NCBI GenBank assembly: GCA_026396115.1
Contig: JAPLXL010000005.1
Span: 137,316-201,315, forward strand
DNA: 64,000 nt
Direction of reading: 5' to 3'
Source: Candidatus Nealsonbacteria bacterium
GTDB taxonomy: Bacteria; Patescibacteriota; Minisyncoccia; Minisyncoccales; RBG-13-42-11
The position numbers and the translations under genes were made by a program. How positions within the stretch are numbered: the stretch's first letter is position 1; every line of letters starts with the position of its first letter. This document shows positions 8,641-18,040 of the stretch, piece by piece. The notes below the pieces were generated by a model, which saw only the letters and a list, made by a program, of their open reading frames with translations, was not told the DNA's origin and did not search any database.

Positions 8641-10578
8641 ATGGTGCATAAACCAAAAACAACAAAAAAAGAGTCAACTTACGAGGCAAAAGACATTTAT
8701 GTCTTAGAAGGCCTTGAACCGGTCAGAAAAAGACCGGGAATGTATATTGGTTCCACGGGACCGGAAGGTCTTCATCATTTAATTTGGGAGTGCGTTGATA
8801 ATAGTTTAGATGAGGCAATGGCTGGCTACGCTAAAAACATTGAACTAATTCTTTTGCCCGGGAATAAAGTTAAAACAACTGATGATGGTAGGGGAATTCC
8901 AGTTGAAAAGCATCCTCAAACGAAAAAATCTGCCCTGGAAACGGTAATGACTACCCTTCATGCCGGAGCAAAATTCGGCGGTAAGGCCTATCAAGTAGCC
9001 GGCGGACTTCATGGGGTTGGAGTTTCGGTGGTTTGTGCTCTTTCAAAATGGATGAGAGTCGAAGTTTGTCGCAACGGTATCCGTCATTGGCAGGAATATG
9101 TGAGAGGAAAAGCCATAACAAAAGTAAAGAAAGGTGAAAGATGCAGACAAATCGGCACCTCGGTTTATTTTGAGCCTGACCCCGAAATTTTCAGCGATAT
9201 TAAATTTGATTTAAAGAAAATTTTAAATCATCTTCGTCAGCAGGCCTATTTAAGCAAAAAAGTAAAAATTATCGTTGTTGACCAGAGAGAAAAACCGGAC
9301 AAATCCTACACTTTTTATTTTGAGGGAGGACTTGCATCTTATGTTAAACATTTAACCAGGGGAGCAGTAAAACGTCATCCGAATATTTATTATGGTTCGG
9401 GAGAGAAAAATGGAATGTTGATTGAGTCCGCTTTTCAATATACCGAAGAATACGAATATTTTGAGGAAAGTTTTGCCAACAATATTTATACTGGCGAAGG
9501 CGGGACGCATTTAACCGGCTTTAGAACCGCCCTGACGAGAACTTTTAATGATTATGCTAAGAAAAATAGTCTTTTAAAGAATAACGATGACAATTTATCG
9601 GGAGAAGATGTCAGAGAAGGGTTTAGCGGCGTAATTTCGGTAAAATTGAAAGATCCTCAATTTGAAGGTCAAACAAAGGCAAAATTAGGAAATCAGGAGG
9701 CAAAAACAGCGGTTGAGACAATAGTTTCTGAAACCCTGTCAGATTTTTTAGAAAGAAATCCTCAAGACGCCCGGGCAATTATTGAAAAATGCATTCTTTC
9801 TTCAAGAGCCAGGAAAGCAGCCAAGGTTGCCAGAGACACTGTTTTAAGAAAAGGTATCTTGGAAGGATTAGCTTTGCCCGGTAAATTGGCTGATTGTACT
9901 TCAAAAAAACCGGAAGAATCAGAACTTTATATTGTTGAAGGGGAGAGTGCCGGAGGTTCAAGCCGCCAAGCCAGAGATAGAAGGTTTCAGGCGATTCTGC
10001 CTTTGAGAGGAAAAATTTTAAATGTTGAGAGGGCACGATTGGATAAGATTTTGTCTTCAAAAGAAATAAGGTCTTTAATCATTGCTTTAGGAACAGCGAT
10101 CGCCGAAGATTTTAATATAAAAAAAGCCAGATATCATCGGATTATCATAATGACTGATGCCGACGTTGATGGTTCGCATATCAGGACTCTTCTTTTAACT
10201 CTTTTTTACCGTTATTTTAGACCTCTTATTGAAGCAGGTTTTTTATATATCGCCCAACCGCCTCTTTATCGTATTCAGGTCGGGAAAAAAATAGAATATG
10301 CTTATAGCGAGGAAGAAAAAAATAAAATTTTAGAAAAAATAAAAAAAGAAAGGACAATTGGTTTATCTCTTCAAAGATATAAAGGTTTGGGAGAAATGAA
10401 TTCCGACCAGTTGTGGGAAACTACCATGAATCCGGAAAAAAGAGTGTTTTTGAAAGTAAATATTGAAGAAGCGAAAGAAGCGGATAGAATTTTTGATATT
10501 TTAATGGGAGATGAAGTTCTGCCTCGAAAGAAATTTATCCAAGCACACGCTAAGAAAGTCAAGAATTTAGACGTGTAA
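8641..10578 (+). CDS. gyrB: DNA gyrase subunit B
   Basis: VRKRPGMYIG, DDGRGIP, GGLHGVG, EGESAGG, PLRGKILN, MTDADVDG, QRYKGLGEM. Confidence 0.93.
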   Translation: MVHKPKTTKKESTYEAKDIYVLEGLEPVRKRPGMYIGSTGPEGLHHLIWECVDNSLDEAMAGYAKNIELILLPGNKVKTTDDGRGIPVEKHPQTKKSALETVMTTLHAGAKFGGKAYQVAGGLHGVGVSVVCALSKWMRVEVCRNGIRHWQEYVRGKAITKVKKGERCRQIGTSVYFEPDPEIFSDIKFDLKKILNHLRQQAYLSKKVKIIVVDQREKPDKSYTFYFEGGLASYVKHLTRGAVKRHPNIYYGSGEKNGMLIESAFQYTEEYEYFEESFANNIYTGEGGTHLTGFRTALTRTFNDYAKKNSLLKNNDDNLSGEDVREGFSGVISVKLKDPQFEGQTKAKLGNQEAKTAVETIVSETLSDFLERNPQDARAIIEKCILSSRARKAAKVARDTVLRKGILEGLALPGKLADCTSKKPEESELYIVEGESAGGSSRQARDRRFQAILPLRGKILNVERARLDKILSSKEIRSLIIALGTAIAEDFNIKKARYHRIIIMTDADVDGSHIRTLLLTLFYRYFRPLIEAGFLYIAQPPLYRIQVGKKIEYAYSEEEKNKILEKIKKERTIGLSLQRYKGLGEMNSDQLWETTMNPEKRVFLKVNIEEAKEADRIFDILMGDEVLPRKKFIQAHAKKVKNLDV

Positions 10579-10670
10579 TATATAGTTCTTAGCGTGTCGA
10601 AAAGAGCTTTAGCTCGCAAAAAAGGTTAAAAACCTTGACGTTTAGCCATCTTTCGGTTAACATTTGAAAC

Positions 10671-10871
10671 ATGAACATAGCAAATATTCCAAACAAAGTC
10701 ATCACTTTCTTAAAAGAGGTTAGGATGGAAATGAGAAAAGTTAATTGGCCGACCAAAGAAGAAACCATAAAATATACTTTGATTGTTATTGGAATTTCGG
10801 TTGTTGTGGCTATATTTTTGGGTGGCTTTGATATTTTATTCACCACCTTACTGGAGAGGTTTGTAATCTAA
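10671..10871 (+). CDS. secE: Preprotein translocase subunit SecE
   Basis: FLKEVRMEMRKVNWPT plus one TM helix; precedes nusG. Confidence 0.93.
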   Translation: MNIANIPNKVITFLKEVRMEMRKVNWPTKEETIKYTLIVIGISVVVAIFLGGFDILFTTLLERFVI

Positions 10872-10915
10872 AGAGCGAGCCCGTAAGGGCGAGCGATTAA
10901 TTTTGTATTACCACT

Positions 10916-11461
10916 ATGCCCAAACAGCAAATTTCTCAAGACAGAAATTGGTATGTTCTGCACACTTATTCCGGTTATGAGGATGCCGTGGCCAAAGCTT
11001 TAAAACAAAGAGTTGAGTCTTTGGATATGGAAGATAAAATTTTTAACGTTATTGTTCCTAAAGAAAAAAAGATTAAAATTAAAAATGGTAAAAGAAAAAC
11101 GGTCGAAGAAAAAGTTTATCCGGGTTATGTCTTGGTAGAAATGATTGTTACTGACGATAGTTGGTACGTGGTAAGAAACACCCCAAATGTTACGGGGTTT
11201 GTGGGAGCAGGGACAACGCCTGTTCCGGTTTCTAAAGAAGAAATTGAAAATTTAAAAAAACGAATGATGGGAGAAGAGCCCCAATATAAGATAGAAGCGA
11301 AAATAGGCGACTTGGTAAAAATTATTGATGGACCCTTTAAAGATTTTGATGGCAAGATTTCCGAGATTGACCAAGAGCGGGGAAAGATTAAAGTGTTGGT
11401 CAATATATTTGGCAGGGATACTCCCGTTGAGCTGGATTCATTACAAATAAAGAAGTTGTAA
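10916..11461 (+). CDS. nusG: Transcription factor NusG
   Basis: WYVLHTYSGYE, YPGYVLVEM, KOW motif GPFKDFDG, IFGRDTPVEL. Confidence 0.97.
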   Translation: MPKQQISQDRNWYVLHTYSGYEDAVAKALKQRVESLDMEDKIFNVIVPKEKKIKIKNGKRKTVEEKVYPGYVLVEMIVTDDSWYVVRNTPNVTGFVGAGTTPVPVSKEEIENLKKRMMGEEPQYKIEAKIGDLVKIIDGPFKDFDGKISEIDQERGKIKVLVNIFGRDTPVELDSLQIKKL

Positions 11462-11467
11462 AAAAAC

Positions 11468-11887
11468 ATGGCAAAAAGAGTAAAAGCAATCGTAAAACTT
11501 CAAATTAAAGCTGGTCAGGCAACGCCTGCTCCGCCGGTTGGCCCGGCTTTGGCTCAGTACGTGAATATATCCGAATTTTGCCAAAGATTTAATGACGCCA
11601 CAAAAAATAATCAGGGCTTTACAGTCCCGGTTGAAATTAAGGTCTATGAAGATAGAACTTATGATTTTGTATTAAAACAGCCGCCGGCTTCTGAATTATT
11701 GAAAAAAGCAGCCGGTATTGAAAAGGGTTCGGGAGAGCCGAATAAAACAAAGGTGGCCAAAATAACCAAAGCCCAACTCAGAGAAATAGCCAAGACCAAA
11801 ATGCCCGATTTAAATGCAACTGACCTTGAAAGTGCAATGAAAATTATTGAAGGCACCGCTCGCAATATGGGAATAACTATTGAGTAA
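11468..11887 (+). CDS. rplK: 50S ribosomal protein L11
   Basis: [26 protein letters not shown]. Confidence 0.97.
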   Translation: MAKRVKAIVKLQIKAGQATPAPPVGPALAQYVNISEFCQRFNDATKNNQGFTVPVEIKVYEDRTYDFVLKQPPASELLKKAAGIEKGSGEPNKTKVAKITKAQLREIAKTKMPDLNATDLESAMKIIEGTARNMGITIE

Positions 11888-11889
11888 TT

Positions 11890-12435
11890 ATGCCAAGGAT
11901 ATCAAAAGAAGAATACTATTTAAATATTGCCAAAGAAGTTGCCGAGAGGTCAACCTGTTTTAGAAATAAAGGCGGAGCAATTATTGTTAGGGGAGATCAA
12001 ATTGTGGCTACAGGTTTTATCGGCGCACCCCGAAAAACAAAAGATTGTTTTGAAAGGGGAGAATGCTTAAGAGACAAATTAAAAATTCCCCACGGCAGGA
12101 ATTATGAAATCTGTCGCTCGGTGCACGCGGAGCAAAATTGCATAATCAACGCAGCAAGAGCAGGAGTTACTTTATTTGGTGGAGACATTTATATTTACTG
12201 TAAAAATCCAAAAGACAACATAAAAAGAGATAGTTTTCCTTGTTTTATTTGTAAAAAAATGATTATTAATTCTGGCTTAAATAGAGTAATTTGCTCAACT
12301 AAAACCGGTGAGATAAAAATATTTCAAGTAGAAGATTGGGTTAAAGAGTGGCAGGAAAAAGACATTTTGGATGATAAATTTCAATTCGGAAAAGATTTAA
12401 ATTTGAAAGAAAATTTTAAAGATGATTTGGGATAA
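11890..12435 (+). CDS. dCMP deaminase (ComEB-like)
   Basis: AERSTC, HAEQN, PCFIC zinc motifs. Confidence 0.88.
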   Translation: MPRISKEEYYLNIAKEVAERSTCFRNKGGAIIVRGDQIVATGFIGAPRKTKDCFERGECLRDKLKIPHGRNYEICRSVHAEQNCIINAARAGVTLFGGDIYIYCKNPKDNIKRDSFPCFICKKMIINSGLNRVICSTKTGEIKIFQVEDWVKEWQEKDILDDKFQFGKDLNLKENFKDDLG

Positions 12436-12488
12436 AAAATTCAAAAATAAAATAGTTCTTTAAATTTAAGAAGAAGGAGGGAAAAAAG

Positions 12489-13067
12489 ATGAAAAAAGTG
12501 AAAAAGCGAGGATGGATTGAAGTTGTTACTGGTCCGATGTTTTCGGGCAAGAGCGAGGAGCTGATCCGCCGCTTGGTACGGGCCCAGATAGCCCGTCAGA
12601 AGGTTCAGGTCTTCAAACATTCAGCCGATGATCGTTATTCGCCTGACGAATTAGTAGTCCACCCCGGGGTTATTCGTCATGAGGCAATAGCGGTCCCAAA
12701 TGCAAGAACCTTGTTAGAGTTGGCTGATCCTGACACCGATGTCGTGGCTATCGATGAGGCTCAGTTTTTTGGCGGTGATCTTCCTGAAGTCTGTAACGAA
12801 CTGGCCGATAGAGGTATCCGGGTGATCGCAGCCGGGCTAGACATGGACTTTCGCGGTGAGCCCTTTGGGCAAATGCCAATTATTTTAGCCATAGCCGAAA
12901 AGGCGGATAAACTTTCGGCTATTTGTGTAAAATGCGGAGAACCGGCTACCCGTAGTCAACGCCTGATTAATGATCATCCGGCTTCTTATGATGACCCGAT
13001 TATTGTTGTAGGAGCTAAAGAAATGTACGAAGCCCGTTGTCGTCATTGTTATAAAGTGAAAAAATAA
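12489..13067 (+). CDS. tdk: Thymidine kinase
   Basis: [37 protein letters not shown]; AGGAGG SD at 12475-12480. Confidence 0.96.
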   Translation: MKKVKKRGWIEVVTGPMFSGKSEELIRRLVRAQIARQKVQVFKHSADDRYSPDELVVHPGVIRHEAIAVPNARTLLELADPDTDVVAIDEAQFFGGDLPEVCNELADRGIRVIAAGLDMDFRGEPFGQMPIILAIAEKADKLSAICVKCGEPATRSQRLINDHPASYDDPIIVVGAKEMYEARCRHCYKVKK

Positions 13068-13108
13068 AAAAAATGGCCAACCTTGTATGGTTGGCCAATT
13101 TTTTTTTA
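13067..13108 (+). terminator. Intrinsic (bidirectional-type) terminator after tdk
   Basis: A tract-TGGCCAACC-TTGTAT-GGTTGGCCA-T tract. Confidence 0.75.
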
Positions 13109-13125
13109 TATGGTATTATATTTTA

Positions 13126-13842
13126 ATGAGAAAGAATCCTTATCCAGGAAAACTTATTGTTTTGGAAGGATTGGACGGTTCTGGTAAATCTACCCAAACG
13201 AATTTATTAATTTCTCATTTAAAAAAGGAGGGATATAAAACTGCGATAATAGATTTTCCCCAATATGGAACAAAATCGGCTGGTCTTATAGAAGAATATT
13301 TAAATGGAAAATATGGTTCGGCATTGGAGGTGGGACCTTATCGGGCTTCTATCTTTTATGCCTGCGATCGCTACGATGCTTCTTTTAAAATAAGAAAATG
13401 GTTAAAAGAAGGAAGAATAGTTATTTCTGATAGATATGTTGCTTCAAATATTGGCCATCAAGGGGGAAAAATTAAAAATAAAGAAGAAAGAAAAACATTT
13501 TTGAAATGGTTATATAATCTTGAATATAATATTTTTGGCATTCCAAAACCTGATATTACTTTTCTTTTAAAAACTTCTCCCAAATTAGCTCGAGAAATGG
13601 CGCCAAAAATAACAGACAAAAAGAAAAAGAAAAAAAGAATTGCCTATTTAGGAAGTAAAACAAGAGATATCCATGAAAGTGATTTAAATCATTTAACCAA
13701 AGCCCTTAATTCTTATTTAGAAACAGCCAAAGAATTTCCAAAAGAATTTAAAATGATAGAATGCATGAAAAATAACAAATTCATACCTCCGGAAATAATT
13801 CATCAAGAAATTATTAAAATTGTAAACAGTAAATTAAGATAA
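13126..13842 (+). CDS. tmk: Thymidylate kinase (start re-assigned to ATG 13126)
   Basis: LEGLDGSGKSTQ P-loop, FPQY, SDRYVASN. Confidence 0.9.
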   Translation: MRKNPYPGKLIVLEGLDGSGKSTQTNLLISHLKKEGYKTAIIDFPQYGTKSAGLIEEYLNGKYGSALEVGPYRASIFYACDRYDASFKIRKWLKEGRIVISDRYVASNIGHQGGKIKNKEERKTFLKWLYNLEYNIFGIPKPDITFLLKTSPKLAREMAPKITDKKKKKKRIAYLGSKTRDIHESDLNHLTKALNSYLETAKEFPKEFKMIECMKNNKFIPPEIIHQEIIKIVNSKLR

Positions 13843-13847
13843 ATAAA

Positions 13848-14501
13848 ATGGCAGAGATTTTAAAAAACGCAGGCAGTCATCGGATTTTGGCGATAATGGC
13901 GGGAATTGATGGTAAAAATTCTTTGCAATTGATTGAAGTAGCCGGGCGGACGGCTTATCAGAGCAGAGATAAGATTACTGACGAGTCAGCAGTCAGATTT
14001 GTAAAAATGCTTAGAGATAGGGGTCATGAAAGCGTTCTTGAACACTCTTGTATGACAGTGGAGTTTAACGATGTTTGCCGGGGTTTTACTCACGAGCTGG
14101 TTCGCCACAGAATTGCGGCTTTTACCCAGGAATCAACCCGCTATGTTGATGAAAGTAATTTCAGGGTAGTTGTTCCGCCGGACAAAGACCCCGATGAAAA
14201 AATAGTAGAATTGGATTTTCCAGATGGTACGAAAATAAAAATTTCCTTTCGAGAATGGATGGAATTAAACGAACAGATGTATCAAGGATTAAGAAAAGCA
14301 AATTGGGTTGCTCAAGATGCTAGACAGGTTCTGCCCATTGGTATTAAATCGCAAATTGTAATGACAGCCAATTTTCGGGAGTGGCGGCACGTTTTTAAAC
14401 TAAGAACCACCCCCAATGCTCACTGGGAAATTCGTCGGGTGATGACAAATCTTTTGAACGATGTTAAACAGCGAATACCGGTGATATTTGATGATCTTTA
14501 A
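13848..14501 (+). CDS. thyX: FAD-dependent thymidylate synthase
   Basis: GHESVLEH, HELVRHR..FTQESTRYV, ARQVLP, NFREWRH, AHWEIR. Confidence 0.93.
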   Translation: MAEILKNAGSHRILAIMAGIDGKNSLQLIEVAGRTAYQSRDKITDESAVRFVKMLRDRGHESVLEHSCMTVEFNDVCRGFTHELVRHRIAAFTQESTRYVDESNFRVVVPPDKDPDEKIVELDFPDGTKIKISFREWMELNEQMYQGLRKANWVAQDARQVLPIGIKSQIVMTANFREWRHVFKLRTTPNAHWEIRRVMTNLLNDVKQRIPVIFDDL

Positions 14502-14516
14502 ACAGAAATCAAAAAA

Positions 14517-15842
14517 ATGAAACTTTCTAAAACCGATCTTAAAATTTACGTTTTAATCAAAAAAGAAATTCAGCGCCAAAAAGATGGCTTGGTTTTGATT
14601 CCTTCGGAAAATTACGCCAGCCCGGCCGTACTCTCTAGCATGGGTACGCCTTTAAGCAATAAGTATTCCGAAGGTTATCCAAAAAAGCGATATTACGGCG
14701 GCAATGAATTTATTGACCAAATTGAACAAATTGCTATTGACCGGGCAAAAAAATTATTTAAAGCAGAACATGCCAACGTTCAACCGCATTCCGGTTCTCA
14801 GGCAAATGCCGCAGTCTATCTGGGTTTATTAAATTACCGCGATAAAATTTTGGGAATTGATTTGTCAGCCGGCGGACATTTGACTCACGGCTCTCCGGTT
14901 AATTTTTCGGGTAAATTATATAAATTTGCTTATTATGGAGTTAATCCAAAAACAGAAAGGGTTGACTTGAAAGAAGTAGAAAAAATCGCCCTCAAGTTTA
15001 AGCCAAAGCTAATTATTATCAGCACTACTTCTTATTCAAGGACCCTTAATTTTAAGGCCTTCCGAAAAATTGCCGATAAAGTTGGAGCTTACTTGATGGC
15101 AGACATTGCCCATATTGCCGGTTTGGTGGTAACCGGTCTTCATCCTCACCCTTTTCCTTATTGCGATGTGGTTACCACCACCACTCACAAAACCTTAAGA
15201 GGCCCTCGTGGCGGATTAATATTGTCTAAAATCAAAGATAGATTGGATGCAAAAGGAAAACTCAATTTAGCTCAAAAAATTGATAAAGCTGTTTTTCCGG
15301 GGACGCAGGGAGGACCCTTAGATCATGTTATTGCTGCCAAAGCCGTTTGCTTTTTGGAAGCAATGAAACCTACTTTCAAAAAATATCAAAAGCAGATACT
15401 TATTAACGCCAAAGCTATGGCTGATGAATTCATAAAACAGGGGATAAGAGTGGTTAGCTGTGGCACAGACAACCATTTAATGGTCATCGACGTTTCTCCT
15501 TTTGGAGACAGTTCTAAAAGAATCCAGGACGAATTGGATAAAGTTGGAATTTATGTTAATCGCAACTCCATTCCGTTTGATAAAAGACCGCCCTATAATC
15601 CTTCGGGCATCAGATTGGGATCACCGGCCATTACCAGCCGGGGATTAAAAGAAAAAGAGTGCCGATATATTGTGCGACTGATTGTCAGATTAATAAAAAA
15701 TATTAACAACCAAGAAATTAAAAACCGAGCCCCACGTCAGTGGAGCGAAGGTGGAAAAGAGAACGAAGTTCTCTTTGACATAAAAAAAGAAGTTAGCAGA
15801 ATTACAAAAAAATTCCCCATCTATGCGGATTTTCAATGGTAA
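14517..15842 (+). CDS. glyA: Serine hydroxymethyltransferase
   Basis: LIPSEN, NKYSEGYP..RYYGG, GGHLTHG, TTTTHKTLRGPRGG. Confidence 0.97.
   Translation: MKLSKTDLKIYVLIKKEIQRQKDGLVLIPSENYASPAVLSSMGTPLSNKYSEGYPKKRYYGGNEFIDQIEQIAIDRAKKLFKAEHANVQPHSGSQANAAVYLGLLNYRDKILGIDLSAGGHLTHGSPVNFSGKLYKFAYYGVNPKTERVDLKEVEKIALKFKPKLIIISTTSYSRTLNFKAFRKIADKVGAYLMADIAHIAGLVVTGLHPHPFPYCDVVTTTTHKTLRGPRGGLILSKIKDRLDAKGKLNLAQKIDKAVFPGTQGGPLDHVIAAKAVCFLEAMKPTFKKYQKQILINAKAMADEFIKQGIRVVSCGTDNHLMVIDVSPFGDSSKRIQDELDKVGIYVNRNSIPFDKRPPYNPSGIRLGSPAITSRGLKEKECRYIVRLIVRLIKNINNQEIKNRAPRQWSEGGKENEVLFDIKKEVSRITKKFPIYADFQW
15724..15779 (+). mobile_element. Double-hairpin element copy, in frame near the glyA 3' end (RAPRQWSEGGKENEVLFD)
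   Basis: ACCGAGCCCCACGTCAGTGGAGCGAAGGTGGAAAAGAGAACGAAGTTCTCTTTGAC. Confidence 0.85.
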
Positions 15843-16746
15843 AAAAGAAGCTGAAAAAATCTTATTGGATTTAGGAAAAAGAATATCTAAAGAAAAACTT
15901 AAGCCTAAATTAGCCGTAATCCTGGTTGGCGAGGATAAAGCATCGAGGCTCTACATAAAATTAAAAAGAAAAGCGGCCAAAAAAATTAGTATAAAATTAG
16001 TTCTTTATAAGTTCAAAGAAGCCACAGTAGAAGAAAAAATTATTCAAAAAATAAAAACTTTAAACAATAATTCTTCAATTCATGGAATTATTGTTCAATT
16101 ACCTCTTCCTAAAAAATTCAACCAGAATAAAATTGTCGGGGCGGTAAATCCCAAAAAAGACGTTGACGGTTTTCAAAAAAACGGTTGGTTTCTGCCGGTA
16201 TTGCCTTCGGCAATTTTATTTACTATTAAAAAGGCAATGAAAACATCTTTCAAAAAAAAGAAGGTCGTGGCACTGGTAAATTCAAAGATTTTCGGGCAAA
16301 GGCTTAAATCTTTTTTTAAAAAAGAGGGAATAGAATTAGATTATATTTTAAGGAAAAAGCATTCTTTTACCGAGCTTCCGAGGGAAGCGAGCTCGAAGAA
16401 CATTCATTCTTCTCGACCCTTCGCTGCGACTCGGGTAGATGAAGAAGAAGATTTTATCTCTTCGACTTTTGAAAATAAAAATAAATTGAAAAGGGCAGAT
16501 ATTATTATTACAGTTTTGGGTTCCCCCAATGCAATTTGGGGTGATATGATAAAGAAGAAGGCAATTTTAATTGACGCCGGCATTAGTAAAATTGCAGCAA
16601 AAAAAGTGGTTGGCGACGTAAATAGAGAAAGCGTAAAAGAAAAAGCAGCTTTCTTAACTCCGGTACCAGGCGGCATCGGCCCCTTAACGGTCGCTTTATT
16701 ATTAAAAAACGTTTATTATGCGGCAAAATATAGCCAAGTTAATTGA
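15823..16746 (+). CDS. folD: Methylene-THF dehydrogenase/cyclohydrolase (divergent)
   Basis: HGIIVQLPLP, KDVDGF, GDV, TPVPGGIGPLTVA. Confidence 0.9.
   Translation: MRIFNGKKEAEKILLDLGKRISKEKLKPKLAVILVGEDKASRLYIKLKRKAAKKISIKLVLYKFKEATVEEKIIQKIKTLNNNSSIHGIIVQLPLPKKFNQNKIVGAVNPKKDVDGFQKNGWFLPVLPSAILFTIKKAMKTSFKKKKVVALVNSKIFGQRLKSFFKKEGIELDYILRKKHSFTELPREASSKNIHSSRPFAATRVDEEEDFISSTFENKNKLKRADIIITVLGSPNAIWGDMIKKKAILIDAGISKIAAKKVVGDVNRESVKEKAAFLTPVPGGIGPLTVALLLKNVYYAAKYSQVN
16368..16466 (+). mobile_element. Nested pair of element copies, in frame in folD
   Basis: Forward copy TACCGAGCTTCCGAGGGAAGCGA...GATGAAGAAGAAGATTTTATCTCTTCGAC interrupted by a reverse copy at ~16393-16437. Confidence 0.85.
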
Positions 16747-17416
16747 CCAAACATTTCTTAAGAAAGGAGCAACTGAGGAAGAAATAAAAAAGGTTTGCCA
16801 GGAAACAAAGGAATACGATTTTCGGGGTTTTTGTATTTTCCCGGAATATACAAAATTAGCCAAAGAATTTCTTAAAGACACCGATATTAAGGTTACGACC
16901 TTGATAGATGAGCCAACCGGCGCCAGTTTGCACGAAGAAAGGATTAAAATGGTAAAGAAAGCTAAAGATGAGGGTTCCGACGAAGTTGATGTGGTAATGA
17001 AAATAGATGATTTTAAGAATGGAAAATACGACGAGGTTTTAAATGATTTAAAAGAAATCTGCAAGATTCTGCCGGTAAAAGTAATTATTGGTTCAGGTTA
17101 CCTGACTGACGAAGAAATTAAAAAGGCATCGGAAATTGTTAAGGTCTCGGGAGCAATTTGCGTAAAAACTGCCACTATAAACGATCCTTTGGACCGGTCG
17201 GAGTTGCCGGAAAAGGCAAAACATATCAGGATTATGAAAGAATCGGCCCCCGGTTTATTGGTTAAAGCGGCGGGCTCCATCAGAAATTTGCAGGACTTGG
17301 AAATGATGGTTGCCTCGGGAGCTGATATTATAGGCACCAGTTCCGGAGTTGAAATAGCAAATGAGGCAACAGAAAAAGAAACAAAAGCAACAAAAGACGG
17401 CAGATTAGTTGAATAA
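16718..17416 (+). CDS. deoC: Deoxyribose-phosphate aldolase (divergent)
   Basis: IDQTFLK, DEVDVV, VKVII, VKTAT, VKAAGSIR, IGTSSG. Confidence 0.85.
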   Translation: MRQNIAKLIDQTFLKKGATEEEIKKVCQETKEYDFRGFCIFPEYTKLAKEFLKDTDIKVTTLIDEPTGASLHEERIKMVKKAKDEGSDEVDVVMKIDDFKNGKYDEVLNDLKEICKILPVKVIIGSGYLTDEEIKKASEIVKVSGAICVKTATINDPLDRSELPEKAKHIRIMKESAPGLLVKAAGSIRNLQDLEMMVASGADIIGTSSGVEIANEATEKETKATKDGRLVE

Positions 17417-17431
17417 AATTAAAACATAGTC

Positions 17432-18037
17432 ATGAAACTCTTAATTGCCAGTCATAATCCTGCCAAAGTAGAAGAGTACAAACATTATTTATCCGATTTA
17501 CTATTAGAGTTTATCTCTCTATCCGATTTAAATATCAAAGAAGAAGCGCCAGAAGATGGCAAGACCTTCAAAGAAAACGCAGTAAAAAAAGCCAAATTTT
17601 ACCATAAATTAACCGGCTTGCCGGTGATTGCTGATGACGGTGGATTAATGATAGATGTTTTAAACGGTGCCCCGGGCGTAAAAAGCCGACACTGGTTAGG
17701 TTATAAAATGACTGATGAAGAGATGATTCAGTCTGTAATTGAGAAGATGAAAGATATTCCAGAAGGCAAAAGAACTTGTCATTTGGTTGGGGTATTAGCT
17801 TTAGTAATGCCCGATGGCAAAATTCATACCCAATGGGCACAAATTGACGGGGTAGTAGCTCAGATACCGACCGGAAAAAGATTGAATGGTTATCCTTATC
17901 GCTCATTTTTTTACCTGCCAGAATTTAAAAAATTCTATCTTGAATTAACTGATAAAGAACACGAGCAAATGAATCACCGGAAAATTGCTTTATTAAAATT
18001 GAAGCCATATTTATTAAAATTAGTTAACGGATATTAA
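17432..18037 (+). CDS. rdgB: Non-canonical purine NTP pyrophosphatase (Ham1/RdgB family)
   Basis: ASHNPAKVEE, TFKENAVKKA, ADDGGL..DVLNGAPGVKS, NHR. Confidence 0.88.
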   Translation: MKLLIASHNPAKVEEYKHYLSDLLLEFISLSDLNIKEEAPEDGKTFKENAVKKAKFYHKLTGLPVIADDGGLMIDVLNGAPGVKSRHWLGYKMTDEEMIQSVIEKMKDIPEGKRTCHLVGVLALVMPDGKIHTQWAQIDGVVAQIPTGKRLNGYPYRSFFYLPEFKKFYLELTDKEHEQMNHRKIALLKLKPYLLKLVNGY

Positions 18038-18040
18038 CAT

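Noticed and set aside
10872-10896. GAGCGAGCCCGTAAGGGCGAGCGA between secE and nusG as an element copy
   Set aside because: Resembles hairpin 1 only; no linker or second hairpin.
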